Source: Candidatus Latescibacterota bacterium (GTDB lineage Bacteria; Latescibacterota; CBDEFO01). Taken from it: a stretch of 64,000 bases of DNA. A model generated the notes under the pieces. That model saw only the letters and a program-made list of their open reading frames with translations. It ran no database searches and had not been told where the DNA came from. The DNA lies in contig OZ252149.1 of the NCBI GenBank assembly GCA_965248755.1, forward strand, positions 992,001 through 1,056,000. Direction: 5' to 3'. Made by a program: the position numbers and the translations under genes. Below are positions 10,143 to 20,048 of the stretch, piece after piece. The stretch's first letter is position 1, and every line of letters begins with the position of its first letter.

Positions 10143-11105
10143 TCAATCTATAAGGCAATCTGAATTTCGTGATTCAGACTGCGGCTGAAGCCCTGCGGGA
10201 GTCCGCTGTAAATTCCACTTCTGGCTTCCATATTTTTTGGAGGACAGGATCTCAGCCACTTGGAACTCATCTGACGTAGGCTCTTCACATATCATCTCAA
10301 CATCCAGATGCTCTTCAAAGCCCCTCTTAAGGGCGCAGCCAAGCTGATCGAAACCTATCCGGGAAGATGAAATCTCAGAGAGACTAACTGTCGTTCTGTC
10401 CAGTTCCTCTTTTAGATCTGTTTTGAACTTATCAGAATCCCTCCGGAGAATCTCCGATATAGCCTTGTGAGCAGGTCCCATCAATATAGAACCGTGTTGA
10501 AGCATTGTATTTTTTACTCTTCGCTGTGCGCTCCCCACAAGCTTCCTGCCCCCAACTGTAATCTCATATTTAGAGGCACTGGCAAAACAGGCTGTGCGTC
10601 CACTGCGAAACGATGTCACCATATTCCTGCGGCCTGAAGAACTCACACATTCGAACTCGGCCGGTATTCCTATACTTCTAAGAGCCAAGAGCAGACACTG
10701 GCTTATCACTTTATAGACGCTCTCTAAGCTTCCCTCTATGCGGTGATGGTCTTTAAAGGGTCCGCCAAAACGTATCGAACAACTTTGTCCTATATGACCG
10801 CTTGGGGAAAGAGGGGCGATAACACTGTACGTAAGTTCCTCCCAGTGTAAGACAGCCCTTCCACCCGTTATCCGTCTAACTATGTCTATCCCCATCTTTT
10901 TGCATCTTTCTAACTCGATCTTTCTGTCCACAGGCTGAGCGTACCCGAAGGACACGGCCGGAGGGTTCCATCTATAGACGCGAAGGGTCGGAGGAGATTT
11001 GCCCTTCCGCACCGAGCTCAGGATCGCCTCATCTAAAGCCATATTAAAAAAGGCGTCTCCCGGACCTGTATTTAGGAAACGCCATCTGTTATCTTTACCA
11101 TCCAC
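10143..11105 (-). CDS. Lipoate-protein ligase family / octanoyltransferase (LipM/LplA-like)
   Basis: NMALDEAIL, RRITGGRAVLH, RKLVGSAQRR and LQHGSI motifs. Confidence 0.9.
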   Translation of the reverse strand: MDGKDNRWRFLNTGPGDAFFNMALDEAILSSVRKGKSPPTLRVYRWNPPAVSFGYAQPVDRKIELERCKKMGIDIVRRITGGRAVLHWEELTYSVIAPLSPSGHIGQSCSIRFGGPFKDHHRIEGSLESVYKVISQCLLLALRSIGIPAEFECVSSSGRRNMVTSFRSGRTACFASASKYEITVGGRKLVGSAQRRVKNTMLQHGSILMGPAHKAISEILRRDSDKFKTDLKEELDRTTVSLSEISSSRIGFDQLGCALKRGFEEHLDVEMICEEPTSDEFQVAEILSSKKYGSQKWNLQRTPAGLQPQSESRNSDCLID

Positions 11106-11192
11106 TGTTGAGCAGGCAGTAGACAGGGGAATCCCTCCTATCCCTCTATGCTGTCTATCGTTTGCCGTCTACTGTACATTAAAGAGGTTCTA

Positions 11193-11984
11193 TTATTGGC
11201 CATCAGATTCTTTGAAAGCCCCCAATTTCTTGAGAGCCTCTTTGGCCGCTCTTTGCTCGGCCTGTTTTTTGCTTTTGCCTGTCCCTTTTCCCAGGCCTGT
11301 GCTCTCAAGGCTCACCTCGATCGTAAAGATCTTTTGGTGATCTGGTCCCTCCTCAGAGTTGACGCTGTATTCGGGCTGCCCGCGCCCATTTTTTTGAGCG
11401 TGCTCCAGAAGAGAGCTCTTGAAATTGACGTATTTGTCGTCAGAAGCGATCTCTTGGATCTTGCTGAGTATCTGGTTTGAAATAAATCGTCGAGCGCTGT
11501 CCAATCCCCCGTCTGTGTATATAGCCCCGAGTAGGGCCTCGTAGGCATCGCTTATTATTGAAGTTCTCTCTCTCCCGCCTGATGCTTCCTCTTCAGGGCT
11601 TAACAGTACGTAGGCTCCAAGATTTATCTTTCTTGCCTTGCGTGCCAGGATAGTTTTGCTCACCATCAAAGACTTTATCTGAGTTAGCTCTCCTTCGCGC
11701 TTTTGAGGGAAATTCTGATGGAGATATTCTGTGACGACCAGGTTCAGCACTGCATCCCCTAGAAACTCCAGCCTCTCATTGGAATCTATGCCGTCTTCCT
11801 CCTTGAAGTAGACATACGAGCGGTGCTTCAAGGATCGAATCAAGAGACCTATATCCTGAAACTGATAATCTATAATCGTCTGTACATCAAAAAGCATAGC
11901 CTCAAGATCTTTCTCATCCAGGGAAAACTTCCTCAGAATACCCCTGGGGATTATCCTCTTGAGCGATCGTATTAAATTCATCAC
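11193..11984 (-). CDS. rnc: Ribonuclease III
   Basis: NERLEFLGDAVL signature and a C-terminal dsRBD (GPDHQKIF, KKQAEQRAA). Confidence 0.97.
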   Translation of the reverse strand: MMNLIRSLKRIIPRGILRKFSLDEKDLEAMLFDVQTIIDYQFQDIGLLIRSLKHRSYVYFKEEDGIDSNERLEFLGDAVLNLVVTEYLHQNFPQKREGELTQIKSLMVSKTILARKARKINLGAYVLLSPEEEASGGRERTSIISDAYEALLGAIYTDGGLDSARRFISNQILSKIQEIASDDKYVNFKSSLLEHAQKNGRGQPEYSVNSEEGPDHQKIFTIEVSLESTGLGKGTGKSKKQAEQRAAKEALKKLGAFKESDGQ

Positions 11985-12062
11985 GTAAGCACAACCACGC
12001 AGGGCATAGAATCGAGGTCGGTCGTCACGAAGGTTCTGGCGGCTGTGACTTGGCCTTTAACT

Positions 12063-13316
12063 CTAACCTTTCTCATTCTTGAACCGCCCTACAGCGATCA
12101 CCGCGTTGTGTCCGCCAAATCCGAAGGAATTGTTCAAAGCCACCTTTACATCCAAAGATCTGGCCTTGTTCGGCACATAATCAAGGTCGCAGTCAGGGTC
12201 TCTATATTCATGATTGATTGTGGGAGGCACAATTGAGTGGTAGATGGACAATGCGCAGGCTATCATCTCAACTGCGCCTGAGGCTCCTAAAAGATGACCC
12301 GTCATCGATTTTGTGGAACTTGCAGCAAGCTTGTAAGCGTGTTCCCTAAATAGCATCTTTATCGCCTTGGTCTCGTTCCTGTCCCCTACGTCGGTCGACG
12401 TCCCGTGTGTGTTGATGTAATCCACGTCCTCAGGCGAAAGTCCAGCGTCCTCTATGGCCAGCTTCATCGCCCGTGCTCCGCCCTCGCCGTCGGGAGCCAT
12501 CGCCGTTTCGTGATAAGCATCAGCCGTAAACCCTATCCCTAGGATCTCTCCGTAGATCGTGGCTCCTCTCCCTACTGCGTGCTCCAGACTCTCAAGGATC
12601 ATAGTCCCTGCTCCCTCTCCTATCACGAAACCGTCCCTTTGGGAATCGAATGGCCTGCTGGCTTTCTGGGGCTCATCGTTCCTGGTAGACAGGGCCCTCA
12701 TTGCCGCGAAGCCCCCTACTCCCATTGGAGTTACCGCCGCTTCGGCTCCTCCCGTTATCATCACGTCTGCCTCTCCTCTTTTGATTGTCCTGAAGGAATC
12801 ACCTATGGCGTGAGCCGCAGATGAGCAGGCCGACGTAGTTGTGTAGTTTACACCCTTGGCTCCTAACAATATGGAGATCATCCCGGATGACATATCTGAT
12901 ATGAGCATGGGGATGAAAAACGGGCTTATTCTCCTTGGCCCTTTTTCCAGGAAATTGCAGTGTTGCTTCTCCAGGGTTGTGATCCCGCCAATTCCCGATC
13001 CGTAGATTACGCCAACTCTTTCCGGGTTATTTCCTCTTATATCGAGCTTTGCGTCCTCCACAGCATCTAAAGCGGAGCAGACAGCATACTGGGTGAAGGG
13101 ATCCATTCTCCGTGCGCGTTTCTTATCCAGATAGAGATGAGGATCAAATTCCTTAAGTTCACCGGCGATCTTGGATGGGTATTCCGAAGTGTCGAACTTG
13201 GTGATCTTATCTATCCCGCTTACACCCCCACAGATGGACTTCCAGAACTCATCAACAGAAAGACCATTAGGCGCAAGTACACCCATGCCTGTTATTACCA
13301 CTCTCTTGGGATCCAA
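12063..13316 (-). CDS. fabF: 3-oxoacyl-ACP synthase II
   Basis: RVVITGMG, TSACSS, HGTST, KSMTGHLLGA and NSFGFGGHN motifs. Confidence 0.97.
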   Translation of the reverse strand: MDPKRVVITGMGVLAPNGLSVDEFWKSICGGVSGIDKITKFDTSEYPSKIAGELKEFDPHLYLDKKRARRMDPFTQYAVCSALDAVEDAKLDIRGNNPERVGVIYGSGIGGITTLEKQHCNFLEKGPRRISPFFIPMLISDMSSGMISILLGAKGVNYTTTSACSSAAHAIGDSFRTIKRGEADVMITGGAEAAVTPMGVGGFAAMRALSTRNDEPQKASRPFDSQRDGFVIGEGAGTMILESLEHAVGRGATIYGEILGIGFTADAYHETAMAPDGEGGARAMKLAIEDAGLSPEDVDYINTHGTSTDVGDRNETKAIKMLFREHAYKLAASSTKSMTGHLLGASGAVEMIACALSIYHSIVPPTINHEYRDPDCDLDYVPNKARSLDVKVALNNSFGFGGHNAVIAVGRFKNEKG

Positions 13317-13428
13317 AGTCCTCTCCCCTTAGAACAGGTAGACACTAGATAGTAGCAAGAGCACCTCCTGCCCTTCTCTAGGGCACCTCCTGCCCCTTTC
13401 TACTATTAGCTGGCTACTGATCTGGCCG

Positions 13429-13659
13429 TCAATGGCTCTCTAAATACCCTATCGCATCTCCTACAGTTACCATTTTCTCAGCGTCCTCGTCGGGTATTTC
13501 CAAGTCAAACTCCTCCTCAAACGCCATTACTAATTCCACCGTATCCAGTGAATCTGCTCCAAGATCGTCGATAAAGGATGCATCTTCTGCGACCTGTTCG
13601 GGGCTTACGCCTAATTGTTCAACCACAAGATCCACTATTTTTTCCTTAATCGACGCCAT
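13429..13659 (-). CDS. acpP: Acyl carrier protein
   Basis: [14 protein letters not shown] motif. Confidence 0.98.
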   Translation of the reverse strand: MASIKEKIVDLVVEQLGVSPEQVAEDASFIDDLGADSLDTVELVMAFEEEFDLEIPDEDAEKMVTVGDAIGYLESH

Positions 13660-13734
13660 AGGTCCCTCCTTTTAAAATTAGTAGACAGAGACCGGGCATC
13701 CTCTCCTCCGACCTGCTATCTACCTATCTACTGT

Positions 13735-14490
13735 TTACATAATCATCCCGCCGTCCACGTTTATCACCTGCCCTGTTATATACGACGAACCCTCTGACGC
13801 CAAGAATGCCACCACCTCAGCTACATCTTCCGGCTTTCCTGGACGCCCAATCGGTATCTTATCTATAAAAGACTTATTAACTTCCTCGGGGAGACAAGAG
13901 GTCATTCTGGTCTCTATATGTCCGGGCGCAACAGCATTTGCTGTGATGCCCCTTGTTGCAACCTCCTTAGCTGTGGTCTTGGTAAGACCTATAATCCCCG
14001 CTTTTGACGCTACATAGTTGGACTGTCCGGGATTCCCGGAAAGTCCAACGACAGAAGTTATATTTATTATCCTGCCGTACTTAGCCCTCATCATCTGTTT
14101 CAGGGACGCCTTGGTGCAGCTGAAAGCCCCTTTGAGATTAACATCGATTACCCTATCCCAATCCTCTTCCTTCATCCTCACTATCAGACTGTCGCTTGTA
14201 ATTCCTGCATTGTTTACAAGTATGTGAAGTCCACCGAGCGCCTCAACACTCCTTTCTACAAACTCTCCTACCTGCTGGGGATCCGATACGTCCACCTGCA
14301 TAGCCAGAGAATTTACACCTACAGATCTTATCTCTAAAGACACCTGTTGAGCCTTATCCACACTCTGGCTTGAGCATACTGCTACATCTGCACCCTCCTT
14401 AGATAGCCGGATCGCCACAGCTTTGCCTATCCCCATGGAACCACCTGTGACTATAGCCTTTTTGCCTTTCAATCTATCCTTGCATATCAT
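13735..14490 (-). CDS. fabG: 3-oxoacyl-ACP reductase
   Basis: TGGSMGIG, NNAGIT, YVASK and GQVINVDGG motifs; fab operon context. Confidence 0.96.
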   Translation of the reverse strand: MICKDRLKGKKAIVTGGSMGIGKAVAIRLSKEGADVAVCSSQSVDKAQQVSLEIRSVGVNSLAMQVDVSDPQQVGEFVERSVEALGGLHILVNNAGITSDSLIVRMKEEDWDRVIDVNLKGAFSCTKASLKQMMRAKYGRIINITSVVGLSGNPGQSNYVASKAGIIGLTKTTAKEVATRGITANAVAPGHIETRMTSCLPEEVNKSFIDKIPIGRPGKPEDVAEVVAFLASEGSSYITGQVINVDGGMIM

Positions 14491-14491
14491 C

Positions 14492-15499
14492 TTATGCCTG
14501 GAACTGGATCGTTTTAGCGACAGAATTCCGCTTCGTGTCTCCTCTAGTGGTACGATTGCTTCGCGTTGTTTGAACTGACGATATAAATTCCTTTATTTGC
14601 TCTCTATCTCCCAGTGCGATTGTCTCAACACTCTTATCGATTCGTCTTAAAAGCCCCACCAACACATGACCTGGCCCTACTTCAGCCATACTTGTGATTC
14701 CAGATGAAATTATGCTTATCATGGAGTCCGACCATCGCACAGGACTCGTCAACTGCTCGACTAAAAGCCCTCTGATCTCTTCAGGATCTTTTTCAAAATC
14801 CCCGGTCACATTTGCCACAAACGGGACTTCGGGTTCTGATAACTTAATCTGCGACAGTGCCTTTTCCATTCCACTTTTGGCGCTAGACATCAACTCTGAA
14901 TGGAACGCTCCACTGACCTCCAGTTCGACTGCTCTTTTTGCCCCTTTTTGTTTGGCTATCTCCATCGCTCTTTTAACAGCCCGCGCCTCCCCTGAAATAG
15001 CCATCTGCCCTGGACAGTTAAAGTTAGCTGCCCCAACAATTCCCTCTTCTGAAGCTTGCCGGCACACTAAAACTGCATCCTCAAAAGAGAGTCCTATTAT
15101 CGCTGCCATCGTCCCCGGACGTTTCTCGCCCGCCTCCTGCATGAGCCTTCCGCGCAGCCCTACTAAACTTAGAGCGTCAGGCAATTCCAAAGCTCCAGCG
15201 GCAAAGAGAGCCGAATATTCTCCCAGACTGTGCCCGGCTACCGACGAAGGCTTTACACCTTTGCCTTTCAGAATAAGGACTGCCGCCGCGCTGTGCACAA
15301 ATATGGCCGGCTGGGTGTATTTTGTCTGCCTTAAATCCTCCTGTGGTCCCTCAAACGATAACTTCTTTACATCGAATTCCAGTATCTCTTCGGCCCGGTC
15401 GTAGATCTTTTTAGCGACATCAAAGCTTTCGTAGAGATCCTTCCCCATCCCCACAGACTGCGAGCCCTGACCGGGGAATATAAACGCAGGACCAACCAT
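14492..15499 (-). CDS. fabD: Malonyl-CoA:ACP transacylase
   Basis: FPGQGSQ, GHSLGE and VSGAFHS motifs. Confidence 0.97.
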   Translation of the reverse strand: MVGPAFIFPGQGSQSVGMGKDLYESFDVAKKIYDRAEEILEFDVKKLSFEGPQEDLRQTKYTQPAIFVHSAAAVLILKGKGVKPSSVAGHSLGEYSALFAAGALELPDALSLVGLRGRLMQEAGEKRPGTMAAIIGLSFEDAVLVCRQASEEGIVGAANFNCPGQMAISGEARAVKRAMEIAKQKGAKRAVELEVSGAFHSELMSSAKSGMEKALSQIKLSEPEVPFVANVTGDFEKDPEEIRGLLVEQLTSPVRWSDSMISIISSGITSMAEVGPGHVLVGLLRRIDKSVETIALGDREQIKEFISSVQTTRSNRTTRGDTKRNSVAKTIQFQA

Positions 15500-16627
15500 C
15501 TAATACGTCCACCTTAGAAGCACACTTCCGGCAGTATATCCTGCGCCGAAACTCGTTAAGAGTATCAGGTTACCAGCCTTAAGCCTCCCCTCTTCAACTG
15601 TCTCCGAAAGACAGATCGGTATAGTCCCACAGGTGGTATTTGCGTATTTATCTATATTTATGATTATCTTTGAGTCATCGAGTCCTATCCTCTTTACGCT
15701 GGCATCTATTATCCTTTTGTTGGCCTGATGAGGGATAAAAAGGTCAATATCCTTTCCCGTAAGACTGTTGCGGTTCAATACATCCAAAGACACCTCTATC
15801 ATTCCCTCCACAGCCGCTCTAAACAGAACTCTGCCGTCCTGGTGGACTCGGTGCATATTTCTATCTATCGTCTCGTGGGTCGGCGGATTCAGACTCCCTC
15901 CTCCGGGCATGTAGAGGAATTCTCCACCAGAGCCGTCTATGTAGAAAGAAAAATCCAAAATTCCCACCTCGGGATCGTTCGTAGGCTCCAAAAGCACAGC
16001 GCCCGCTCCATCACCAAATAGAACACAGGTAGCTCTGTCATTATAGTCAACTATGGAACTCATCTTGTCGGCGCCGACTACCATTACCTTTCTTTCCGCT
16101 CCCGTCTCCACAAACTGAGCGCCGACCATCAAAGAATATATAAAGCCGCAGCAGGCTCCCAAAAGATCGAATCCCCAGGCGTTCTTAGCCCCTATTTTGT
16201 TCTGGATGATGCAGGCAGTCGAAGGAAACATCATATCGGGAGTCACTGTGCCTACTATTATCAGTCCTATCTCGTCAGGTGATGTGCCTGTAGAATCCAA
16301 CAGGCTCTGCGCGGCCTTGACAGCCATGTAAGACGTCGGCAAGCCATCGTCCAGGATCCTCCTTTCCGAGATGCCTGTCCTTGCCTTGATCCACTCGTCA
16401 GAGGTATCCGTCACCTTCTCCAGGTCCAAGTTAGTGAGCCTTCCTTCGGGAAGATACCTTGAAACTCCTGTGATCGTTGCGTTGAATGGTTTGTCAGGGA
16501 CCCCAGAAAGGTGGTGTGGCCACTTTGACAGGGTGGGGGCAGTGGTCGAAGAGCTTTTTGGGGACAAAGAAGAATCTCCCACAGCGCCCGGTTTTTTCTT
16601 CAATCTGCTCATAACTTCCTCAAACAA
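15500..16627 (-). CDS. fabH: 3-oxoacyl-ACP synthase III with an N-terminal extension (start uncertain)
   Basis: RTGISERR, ACCGF, LFGDGAGA, PHQAN and YANT motifs. Confidence 0.95.
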   Translation of the reverse strand: MFEEVMSRLKKKPGAVGDSSLSPKSSSTTAPTLSKWPHHLSGVPDKPFNATITGVSRYLPEGRLTNLDLEKVTDTSDEWIKARTGISERRILDDGLPTSYMAVKAAQSLLDSTGTSPDEIGLIIVGTVTPDMMFPSTACIIQNKIGAKNAWGFDLLGACCGFIYSLMVGAQFVETGAERKVMVVGADKMSSIVDYNDRATCVLFGDGAGAVLLEPTNDPEVGILDFSFYIDGSGGEFLYMPGGGSLNPPTHETIDRNMHRVHQDGRVLFRAAVEGMIEVSLDVLNRNSLTGKDIDLFIPHQANKRIIDASVKRIGLDDSKIIINIDKYANTTCGTIPICLSETVEEGRLKAGNLILLTSFGAGYTAGSVLLRWTY

Positions 16628-16729
16628 TTAGACGGTAGCCCCCAATTGAATCTATTGGGGGTCGGAGTAGTCAGGGCACATCCTCCCTTGCCTGTATGCT
16701 GTCTGAGAGTCACAATCTCCTCGATGAGG

Positions 16730-17740
16730 CTATGCAAGCGTGTAGTGGTGATCCAACGCCTCTTTGATGTGATCGTTTATCCTTCCTTCAACTGTCCTTT
16801 TGGCGACCTTTATGGCGTTGCAGATAGCTTTTGAGGATGAACTCCCATGACATATAATCGTGACGCCGTCCACTCCTAAAAGTGGAGCCCCCCCGTATTC
16901 TTCATAGTCCATCTTCCGGCCTATCCCCTTAAAGACAGGCTTTAGAAGCAAAGCCCCAAGTTTTCTGCTCAAATTTTCGCCACTCTCCTCTTTAATCATT
17001 TGATAGAACATCCCTATGATGCTCTCTGTAAACTTGAGTATTATGTTGCCCACAAAGCCGTCGCAGACCACAACGTCCGCTGTCCCTCTCAGTATGTCCC
17101 TTCCCTCTACATTTCCTATGAAGTTGAGATCAGAGCCAGCAAGCAGATTGTGAGACTTGATTGTAAGCTCATTCCCCTTGGAACTCTCCTCTCCGATGTT
17201 CAAAAGCCCCACCTTCGGAGCTTGGATACCGAGTGCACAGTCCACGTACACACTGCCCATAACAGCGAACTGTAAAAGGTTGCCAGGTTTACACTGCAAG
17301 TTTGCTCCCACGTCAAGGACCAGGCACGGCTTTCCCTTTTCTGTAGGGAAGACGCTTGCAATAGCAGGTCTCCTTACATGCTTGAGAGATCCAAGTTCTC
17401 CTAAGGAAAAGCCCACGGCCGCCCCTGTGTTCCCTGCGCTTATAACCGCCTCGACTTCCCCTTTTTTGGCAAGCGCCATTGCAACAGCTATGGATGAATC
17501 CCTCTTCCTCCTTAGAGCGTGGCTGGGGGACTCGTGCATCTGGACGACCTCTCCAGCGTGAACAATAGAAATATTGTCCACGTCTGGGAACTTGGAAAGT
17601 TCTCCTTCTAAAATATCCCTGTCCCCTGTCAGTACTATCCCAAGGTCATCCGTATCCGCCGCTTGCAAGGCTTCCACTACACCTTTGATCTGGGCATTAG
17701 GAGCCTTGTCCCCTCCTGCTGTGTCTACGGCGATTCTCAT
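16730..17740 (-). CDS. plsX: Phosphate acyltransferase
   Basis: IAVDTAGGDKAP, SAGNTGA, DGFVGN and GGAPLLGV motifs. Confidence 0.97.
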   Translation of the reverse strand: MRIAVDTAGGDKAPNAQIKGVVEALQAADTDDLGIVLTGDRDILEGELSKFPDVDNISIVHAGEVVQMHESPSHALRRKRDSSIAVAMALAKKGEVEAVISAGNTGAAVGFSLGELGSLKHVRRPAIASVFPTEKGKPCLVLDVGANLQCKPGNLLQFAVMGSVYVDCALGIQAPKVGLLNIGEESSKGNELTIKSHNLLAGSDLNFIGNVEGRDILRGTADVVVCDGFVGNIILKFTESIIGMFYQMIKEESGENLSRKLGALLLKPVFKGIGRKMDYEEYGGAPLLGVDGVTIICHGSSSSKAICNAIKVAKRTVEGRINDHIKEALDHHYTLA

Positions 17741-17777
17741 AACTTCTCTATCTATCCTATAATTCGTGACACTAGTC

Positions 17778-17960
17778 TTAGGCCTCTTCGACCTTCACTA
17801 TCTCTCGTTCGTTATAGTATCCACAGCTATGACAGATCCTGTGAGGGAGCTTAGGTTGATGACAGTGCGGACATTCAACTAACATCGGCCGCGAGAGCTT
17901 CCAGTTAGCTCGCCTCTTATCTCTTCTGGATCTAGATTGTCTTCTCTTAGGTAGGGCCAA
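17778..17960 (-). CDS. rpmF: 50S ribosomal protein L32 (TTG start)
   Basis: ALPKRRQSRSRRDKRR and CxxC..PHRICxxCGYY zinc ribbon; AAGGAGG upstream. Confidence 0.97.
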   Translation of the reverse strand: MALPKRRQSRSRRDKRRANWKLSRPMLVECPHCHQPKLPHRICHSCGYYNEREIVKVEEA

Positions 17961-18586
17961 TTGTTTTTCGCCTCCTTGCTGTTATGTTTCTGGGAACTAT
18001 CAATCCATTTTCCCAAAATATCTCTATTTATAAGTTTAGTATGATTGGATTCGGCCAGTTCGTATGCACCTTTTGTAAAATAATTATTCGTAACCACCAT
18101 AGATGCATTGCACCCATACTCCTTAATTCCGCCCACTGCGTCACTTACAGCATTTCTTGGAACAGGTGTGGCTTGTCGCTTGGCCTGAATGGAGTACTTT
18201 TTGCCGTCCTTCTTGGCCACAAGATCGACACCTTTATCTCCAGGACGGCCTGTAAGTAAAACGCCACTATAGCCCTGATGTCGAAGAAGATGCCCTACGT
18301 ATTCTGGAAACTCTTTACGTCCATCCATGTTATCTACATCCGCTATCCGAAGTGCTTGAATACGTTGTTTTTCATCGAACCTGAGAGAAAAACTTCTGAT
18401 TGTAAATATCACGTATACTGGCAATACTAGTAATGCTGGTAGCCCTTTAAGTCTGGTCCTCTGTCCTGAGTAGTATACGTCAAGCGTGAAATCTTTCATG
18501 ATTTTAAACAAGATTAGTATTAATACTGGTACTATTATTAGTTCCACTCTCCATTTTCCCCTTATTAGTGTAACGCCAAATCTCAA
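17879..18586 (-). CDS. Membrane-anchored Mrr-like restriction endonuclease domain protein
   Basis: Two hydrophobic N-terminal segments; MDG..F..Y..LL..GY, GDKGVDLVA, IQAKR and VVTNNYFT..A.ELA motifs; AT-richer than its neighbours. Confidence 0.85.
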   Translation of the reverse strand: MRFGVTLIRGKWRVELIIVPVLILILFKIMKDFTLDVYYSGQRTRLKGLPALLVLPVYVIFTIRSFSLRFDEKQRIQALRIADVDNMDGRKEFPEYVGHLLRHQGYSGVLLTGRPGDKGVDLVAKKDGKKYSIQAKRQATPVPRNAVSDAVGGIKEYGCNASMVVTNNYFTKGAYELAESNHTKLINRDILGKWIDSSQKHNSKEAKNNWPYLREDNLDPEEIRGELTGSSRGRC

Positions 18587-18599
18587 GAGCCATCCGAAT

Positions 18600-19115
18600 T
18601 TAGAGATTTACCTTTAGCTGAGCAAGAGCCTCCCATCTGGGATCTATCTTGGTATGATCGCATCTGCAGGGTCCCTCGTTCAGATTCGCCCCGCACAGAT
18701 GGCACAGCCCAGCGCAATCGGAAGAACACAGTGGCTTGCTCGGCACATCCAACAAGATGGCGTCCCTTATCACCGCCTTCAAGTCGATGTAAGTATCATC
18801 GAATCCTATAGTGATAACCTCGCTGTCCTCCAACTGATCTTCAGAGCGTGCCTCTTTTTCCCTCTGGAAGATCGCGCTGAATTGAGGGGCGATCTGGGAC
18901 TCAAACTCCTCTAAGCAGCGGCAGCATGACATCATAGCCATCGAGATTACGGATCCATCTACAAAGAAGGAGTTAGAACTTTTGCCTATCGTCAATTTTA
19001 CGGTCACAGGATCCATGAACCCTACGTCCTCATCCGTCAATTCCAAGCTCAGAGCCTTGGCCTTCAACTCCAGTCTATTGATCCCTTCCTCCAGCTCCTT
19101 CATCTCAATTTGCAT
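18600..19115 (-). CDS. yceD: DUF177/YceD family protein
   Basis: CCRCL, PLCSSDCAGLCHLCGANLN and IDPRWEAL motifs; upstream of rpmF. Confidence 0.92.
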   Translation of the reverse strand: MQIEMKELEEGINRLELKAKALSLELTDEDVGFMDPVTVKLTIGKSSNSFFVDGSVISMAMMSCCRCLEEFESQIAPQFSAIFQREKEARSEDQLEDSEVITIGFDDTYIDLKAVIRDAILLDVPSKPLCSSDCAGLCHLCGANLNEGPCRCDHTKIDPRWEALAQLKVNL

Positions 19116-19146
19116 AACTTACCAGCGCCCTTCTATTCAGACGGAA

Positions 19147-19572
19147 TTACACCTTGTATATATCCTTCGTTCCGAAGAAGAATGTTATTTCAACCTCAGC
19201 GTTTTGGGGAGAATCGGATGCGTGGACAGCGTTATTTTGAACATCCGTGGCAAAGTCGCTTCTGATAGTTTCAGGTTCAGCCTCTTCGGGGTTAGTGGCT
19301 CCGATGACCTTTCTTAAATACTCGACGGCATCCTCCCGCTCTAACACCATCGGAACGATCCTGCCGGACGTCATAAAATCCAAAAGGCTCTCGTAGAAGC
19401 CCCTCTCTTTATGTACTTCGTAGAACCTTGCGGCTTCTTCCCTCCTCAGAGTTGTCATCTCCATAGCTAGAACTCTAAAGCCTTCTTTTTCGACTCTGCC
19501 TATTATCTCTCCTATATGGTTTTGAGACGCAGCATCAGGCTTGATTATCATCAAAGTTCTCTGCATAAGCAT
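19147..19572 (-). CDS. ndk: Nucleoside diphosphate kinase
   Basis: RTLMIIKPDA, GATNP and NAVHASDS motifs. Confidence 0.97.
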   Translation of the reverse strand: MLMQRTLMIIKPDAASQNHIGEIIGRVEKEGFRVLAMEMTTLRREEAARFYEVHKERGFYESLLDFMTSGRIVPMVLEREDAVEYLRKVIGATNPEEAEPETIRSDFATDVQNNAVHASDSPQNAEVEITFFFGTKDIYKV

Positions 19573-19591
19573 ACTCTAAAAGCCTATTGGC

Positions 19592-19759
19592 TTATCGCCT
19601 CCCACGTCGTGGGCCACGTAGATATTCCCGGCTTACGAGTTTGCGACCGATGAACTTGCTGATGATCCTGCGTAGAATCCTCACCGGATTCCCCGACGTC
19701 AAGGCCTGAAGATCGGCGCTTCTTAGAGCCATCCCAAAAAGTTTTGAAGTCAAAGACAT
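19592..19759 (-). CDS. Small basic amphipathic protein (55 aa), below the ORF-track cutoff
   Basis: MSLTSKLFGMALRSADLQALTSGNPVRILRRIISKFIGRKLVSREYLRGPRRGRR*; lies between a promoter and ndk. Confidence 0.65.
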   Translation of the reverse strand: MSLTSKLFGMALRSADLQALTSGNPVRILRRIISKFIGRKLVSREYLRGPRRGRR

Positions 19760-19896
19760 TGCTCGCCTTCTCGGTTTTGAGGCCTCAACACTGTCGACTG
19801 CATTCTGATGTAACGTAGCACACCAAAACGAGCAAAGGGAGGACTACGAATTTACTCAGCCCAACGACTAACTGCATGTTACTGTCAATGGATAAC

Positions 19897-19925
19897 AAGA
19901 TAGGCTTTTTCGCCGTTCTTGTCAA
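19897..19925 (-). promoter_or_regulatory. Sigma70-type promoter for the small ORF/ndk/fab operon
   Basis: TTGACA-17 bp-TATCTT on the minus strand. Confidence 0.6.
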
Positions 19926-20048
19926 TATATATTTTTCTCCCAACAACACCCGATTTCTTTGAACTGTTGGAAAAGCCATCGTGGAACACAAGGTAATTTA
20001 TCGCCTGGATAGGGTGTATCCAACGACTTCTTGTGGAAAAGGTAAGAT

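Noticed and set aside
14694..15404. Long plus-strand ORFs opposite fabD, and likewise 47597..48124, 48462..49109, 50236..50895 and 55104..55778
   Set aside because: They fully overlap well-supported minus-strand genes and have the Ser-rich composition typical of antisense frames.
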